A DNA stretch of 64,000 nucleotides from Candidatus Pelearchaeum maunauluense (GTDB lineage: Archaea; Thermoproteota; Nitrososphaeria_A; Caldarchaeales; Caldarchaeaceae). The stretch lies in the NCBI GenBank assembly GCA_030059675.1, contig JANVYQ010000003.1:35547-99546 (forward strand), written 5' to 3'. The notes beneath the pieces are model-generated. The model was not told the DNA's origin, did not search any database, and saw only the letters and a list, made by a program, of their open reading frames with translations. Within the stretch, counting starts at the first letter, position 1. Each line of letters starts with the position of its first letter. A program made the translations under genes and the position numbers. Shown here in pieces: positions 61,005 through 64,000 of the stretch.

Positions 61005-62042
61005 ATGCCACTAACAGCTCAAATCCTTCCTCCACCAATCGAGCAGCTCATAAACTTCATCGCAAGTGACGCGTTTGTTAAAGCAGTTATATTTCCAGGC
61101 GTCATATTTGTATCAGTCTTTGGGCTTTTTACTGTCTGGTATGAGAGAAAGTTGCTGGCGCGTGTGATGTTGCGTATAGGTCCTCTGCATGTCGGTAAGT
61201 ATGCTGGTCTTCTGCAAGTTGTAGCGGATACTGTAAAGTTCCTAGCCAAAGAGTATATTGTCCCAGAAACTGCTAGACGCCGTTTATTCGTACTAATGCC
61301 GATGCTCGGCGTGGTTATTAATGCGCTTCTATTTGCATTCCTCCCCTTCGGCCCTATGTGGCTCATATTCCCATCAGACATAAGCATACTCCTCTTCTTC
61401 GTCTTAGTGGCTATCTCTCCTCTACCGCTCATACTGGCTGGCTGGGCGTCTGGAAACAAATACAGCCTGATAGGCATCGTTAGATTCGCCTTCCAGATAT
61501 TCGCATACGAGATACCGTTGTTCCTAGCTCTTACTGGTGTTATCGTGATGGCTCGTTCATTTGATATAGTTAAGATAGTTGAAGCCCAAGCATCCATGCC
61601 GTTCATCGTACCGCAGATAATTGGGTTCTTGGCTTTCTTCATAACCTTGGTGAGCGAAGTAGAGCGGATCCCCTTTGATATGCCAACAGCCGAGCAGGAG
61701 CTTGTAGAGGGATGGATGGTGGAATTCTCCTCCTATGGATTCTTAATGCTTCAGTTAGCAAATTACCTAAAGCTAGACGCGCTAGTAGTACTAACGGCCC
61801 TCCTATACCTAGGTGGGTGGTACGGGCCAGCCATACCTGGAATACCAGACTTCATACTAGCTCCCCTCTGGGTTCTCCTAAAATCCCTAGTCATACTAGC
61901 AGCCATACTCCTCCTAAGAGGAACTTATCCACGGATAACGATTAAGAAAATATTAGACCTGGGTTGGCGGGTTCTCATACCGATGACGTTGCTAAACCTG
62001 CTCATAGTAAGTGTTATTATGACTATTCCCCAGCTCCTCTAA
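61005..62042 (+). CDS. nuoH: NADH-quinone oxidoreductase subunit H
   Basis: WYERKLLARVMLRIGPLHVGKYAGLLQVVADTVKFLAKEYIVPE. Confidence 0.8.
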   Translation: MPLTAQILPPPIEQLINFIASDAFVKAVIFPGVIFVSVFGLFTVWYERKLLARVMLRIGPLHVGKYAGLLQVVADTVKFLAKEYIVPETARRRLFVLMPMLGVVINALLFAFLPFGPMWLIFPSDISILLFFVLVAISPLPLILAGWASGNKYSLIGIVRFAFQIFAYEIPLFLALTGVIVMARSFDIVKIVEAQASMPFIVPQIIGFLAFFITLVSEVERIPFDMPTAEQELVEGWMVEFSSYGFLMLQLANYLKLDALVVLTALLYLGGWYGPAIPGIPDFILAPLWVLLKSLVILAAILLLRGTYPRITIKKILDLGWRVLIPMTLLNLLIVSVIMTIPQLL

Positions 62043-62431
62043 CGGCCTGCTATTCTCTCCGCCGCTATCTTCAGAATAACTCTAGTCTCTCTACCCTTCC
62101 ATGGATATTTTTCCTTCCCTAGATACTTCTTGGCAAGCGAGTCTATATGCTCGTCAGCGCCATCTGTGGTCTGCTCAATCACACGGCCACGTATCATATA
62201 CGCTTTATACGGATTATTCCAGTCCACTATCGCTATAGCAACACGCGGGTCTCTGCTAACGTTACGTTGCTTCACTCTCCCCACCGCGGTATTCACGCGT
62301 ATTGTGTCGTCTTCTCTATCAATCCATACAGGCGTAACCTGAGGCGAGCCGTCAGGCATTATTGTTGCCAGAAAAGCAAAATTCTTACTGTCTATCATCT
62401 TCTTTAGTTCTTCGGGCAGTTCCAATACCAT
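62039..62431 (-). CDS. Pyridoxamine 5'-phosphate oxidase-like FMN-binding split-barrel protein
   Basis: NFAFLATIMPDGSPQVTPVWI..., 130 aa. Confidence 0.7.
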   Translation of the reverse strand: MVLELPEELKKMIDSKNFAFLATIMPDGSPQVTPVWIDREDDTIRVNTAVGRVKQRNVSRDPRVAIAIVDWNNPYKAYMIRGRVIEQTTDGADEHIDSLAKKYLGKEKYPWKGRETRVILKIAAERIAGR

Positions 62432-62472
62432 GCAATATAATTAATGAGGGGTGAAAATATGGTTTTCGTATA

Positions 62473-62850
62473 CTACCCCTTCCGCATTCGCTTCAGCTTG
62501 AATTCTAGGCCAGTGGCTATAAGGTTGGCGCGAGTTATAGCATATACCACCTGGTTTGATATGCGGGCATGTAACATGCTATCCACGTTACCGCCATTCT
62601 CACGCCATTTGCTATATATTGATACAATGTTATTGTTCAAGTCATCATAGCCAGCCATAATTTTCAAAAATTCCTGATTATTCTTGAGTTGTTCATTTGT
62701 CTGATACGCCTTTTCTATGTATGAATAGTCTTCCTCGTCAAGAAACTTTCTTAAGTAGTAGATTAGCTCCTTAATCTTTGTACGGCATTCAAGCATGGTA
62801 GCACGTTGTGACGCTGTTATTTCATGCGAAGCGCTCATTCTATCCGCCAC
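62473..62850 (-). CDS. Hypothetical helical protein in a lower-GC patch
   Basis: ORF only. Confidence 0.3.
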   Translation of the reverse strand: MADRMSASHEITASQRATMLECRTKIKELIYYLRKFLDEEDYSYIEKAYQTNEQLKNNQEFLKIMAGYDDLNNNIVSIYSKWRENGGNVDSMLHARISNQVVYAITRANLIATGLEFKLKRMRKG

Positions 62851-63760
62851 CTCGTAGTATTAGATGTAGTCTTTCAAACCAGCCAAGCTCGGCAGGCGGC
62901 TGTGTTCTCGGAGGACTGGCCAGCTTCCTCGGGTCATAATAGAGAGAGATACGGTCTGTTGCTGACAGCTCATATTCGGGAGACATTTCCAAGGCGTAGA
63001 ATGGGCATGCATCAACACAGAATCCACAGAATACGCATCTACCATAATCTACAGATGGGAAGTATGACTTCTTATTCTGGGGCATACCCTCATCTATCTT
63101 TACGACTCCCAGTCTTATCTTTAAGTCGTCACGGGTTATCTCGTGATACTCGTCTTCTTTATCGGCTCCCTCAACAGTGACGGGCTTAACGCTCCAACCA
63201 TTCTCAGAGCACCAGCGTAGGAACTCGGAGAAATGCTTCTCTATCACCGCCTCGGAGCGATAGTCATATATGGGGTCTAGGTTTAGCTTCCACACATAGC
63301 TGCTATCCTTCTGCTGTACGCTGCGAATGTCAGACCATGCGACTGGGATAACTGGGTGAGATACTGATAGGTTATGCTCACTATGCTGCTTAGGCGATAA
63401 GCTATCCACCAAAGCCTCCATAAGCTCCACAACAGTCTTCTCCCCCCTCTTTAGAGCATCGTAGAAAGCCTTATCAAAATGCAGTAAGACATTAAACCCA
63501 TACACCATAGTTATTGCCTCTGAAATATTCTGGCACGCTATATCACAAAGACTACAACCCGTGCATTTATTCATGTGTAGGACGTGTCTCCCCTTAAAGC
63601 CAGGGTAGGCTATGCCCGCCTTTGGGTCGTATCTAAAGTTCTCTCCTGTAACGTTTTCTATCCTCTCATAAGGATACTTGACAGTCACGGGTGTCATGAA
63701 TATGTGTTTTACCGCAACTACAAACGGCTTAATTACACGCGAGACTTGGCTGAGCGACAC
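62840..63760 (-). CDS. nuoI: NuoI-like 2x[4Fe-4S] ferredoxin subunit with an approximately 130-aa insertion between the two cluster motifs
   Basis: CTGCSLCDIAC ... (about 150 aa) ... CVFCGFCVDACP; N-terminus VKYPYE like NuoI; 306 aa versus about 160-180 typical. Confidence 0.5.
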   Translation of the reverse strand: MSLSQVSRVIKPFVVAVKHIFMTPVTVKYPYERIENVTGENFRYDPKAGIAYPGFKGRHVLHMNKCTGCSLCDIACQNISEAITMVYGFNVLLHFDKAFYDALKRGEKTVVELMEALVDSLSPKQHSEHNLSVSHPVIPVAWSDIRSVQQKDSSYVWKLNLDPIYDYRSEAVIEKHFSEFLRWCSENGWSVKPVTVEGADKEDEYHEITRDDLKIRLGVVKIDEGMPQNKKSYFPSVDYGRCVFCGFCVDACPFYALEMSPEYELSATDRISLYYDPRKLASPPRTQPPAELGWFERLHLILRGGG

Positions 63761-63823
63761 GTCCTAAACACCTACTACGCAGCTGCCAGACTTGGGTTTT
63801 CCCTCCCTAAATAGATAGCCTAG

Positions 63824-64000
63824 CTAGTCGGGGCTTTTGCTCTCCGAGCCCATCTTGGCGTGGGCTATTATGCTTATCTGGCCAGCAACCTGGCGGCACA
63901 GAGCTCTAAACGCATCGGCTGACGACGAGTCTGGCTTAGCTATAACAATGGGCGTTCCTAGGTCATGGTGCTCCCGTATTTCTGGATTGAGAGGAAGCTC
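63824..64000 (-). CDS. Mrp/NBP35/ApbC-family P-loop ATPase (Fe-S cluster carrier), C-terminal fragment; 5' end beyond the window
   Basis: C-terminus ...NPEIREHHDLGTPIVIAKPDSSSADAFRALCRQVAGQI. Confidence 0.5.
   Translation of the reverse strand, partial: ELPLNPEIREHHDLGTPIVIAKPDSSSADAFRALCRQVAGQISIIAHAKMGSESKSPD

Noticed and set aside
1-64000. CRISPR arrays, rRNA genes, transposases or integrases
   Set aside because: No regularly spaced direct repeats, no rRNA-like conserved stretches, and no recognisable transposase or integrase ORFs found on either strand.

Overview
Chromosomal window of about 50% GC from an archaeon, most likely a Crenarchaeote (Thermoprotei), as argued by the gene content below. 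Gene content supporting this: a thermosome (3' end out of window), Alba, ribosomal protein L40e, and a terminal oxidase cluster with CoxII, a fused CoxI+III, a small subunit and two cupredoxins. There are also two TrmB-family regulators, class II ribonucleotide reductase, Top6A, and PheS/PheT, Tyr/Trp-type and Asp aminoacyl-tRNA synthetases. Two tRNAs carry introns: tRNA-Ser(CGA) with a canonical 37/38 intron, and tRNA-Val(TAC) with a non-canonical intron in the variable region. Other intact genes include IorA, two family-III CoA-transferases, a MaoC dehydratase, a FAH-family hydrolase, OsmC, an FTR1 iron permease, an MFS transporter, two radical SAM proteins (one Tes/GDGT-synthase-like, one PflX-like), UPF0182, and dispersed complex-I genes (nuoN alone, nuoA-nuoH, and a nuoI-like gene with a large insertion). 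The most striking signal is a cluster of gene-inactivating lesions (frameshifts, in-frame TAG/TGA, start-codon loss, a deletion-fusion) confined to uptake and secreted or membrane functions. A complete CUT1-type sugar ABC operon carries at least 9 lesions. The Liv branched-chain amino-acid ABC locus carries an IorB::SBP fusion, an in-frame TGA in livG and ATG->ATA in livH. A trypsin-like protease, a DUF4349-like membrane protein and a 1.5-kb hypothetical gene are also disrupted. All long housekeeping genes are intact, and several frameshifts sit at G/C homopolymer runs. Additional observations: an unannotated rpl40e gene, an H/ACA-like structured RNA between pheT and the next synthetase gene, and a top6A-phosphoesterase-SWIM cluster without top6B. 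There is also an ORF with no start codon, in frame directly after the UPF0182 TGA stop, that encodes two TM helices plus an alpha-crystallin-like domain. The FTR1 promoter region carries a perfect 28-bp palindrome. No CRISPR array, rRNA or obvious mobile element was seen.
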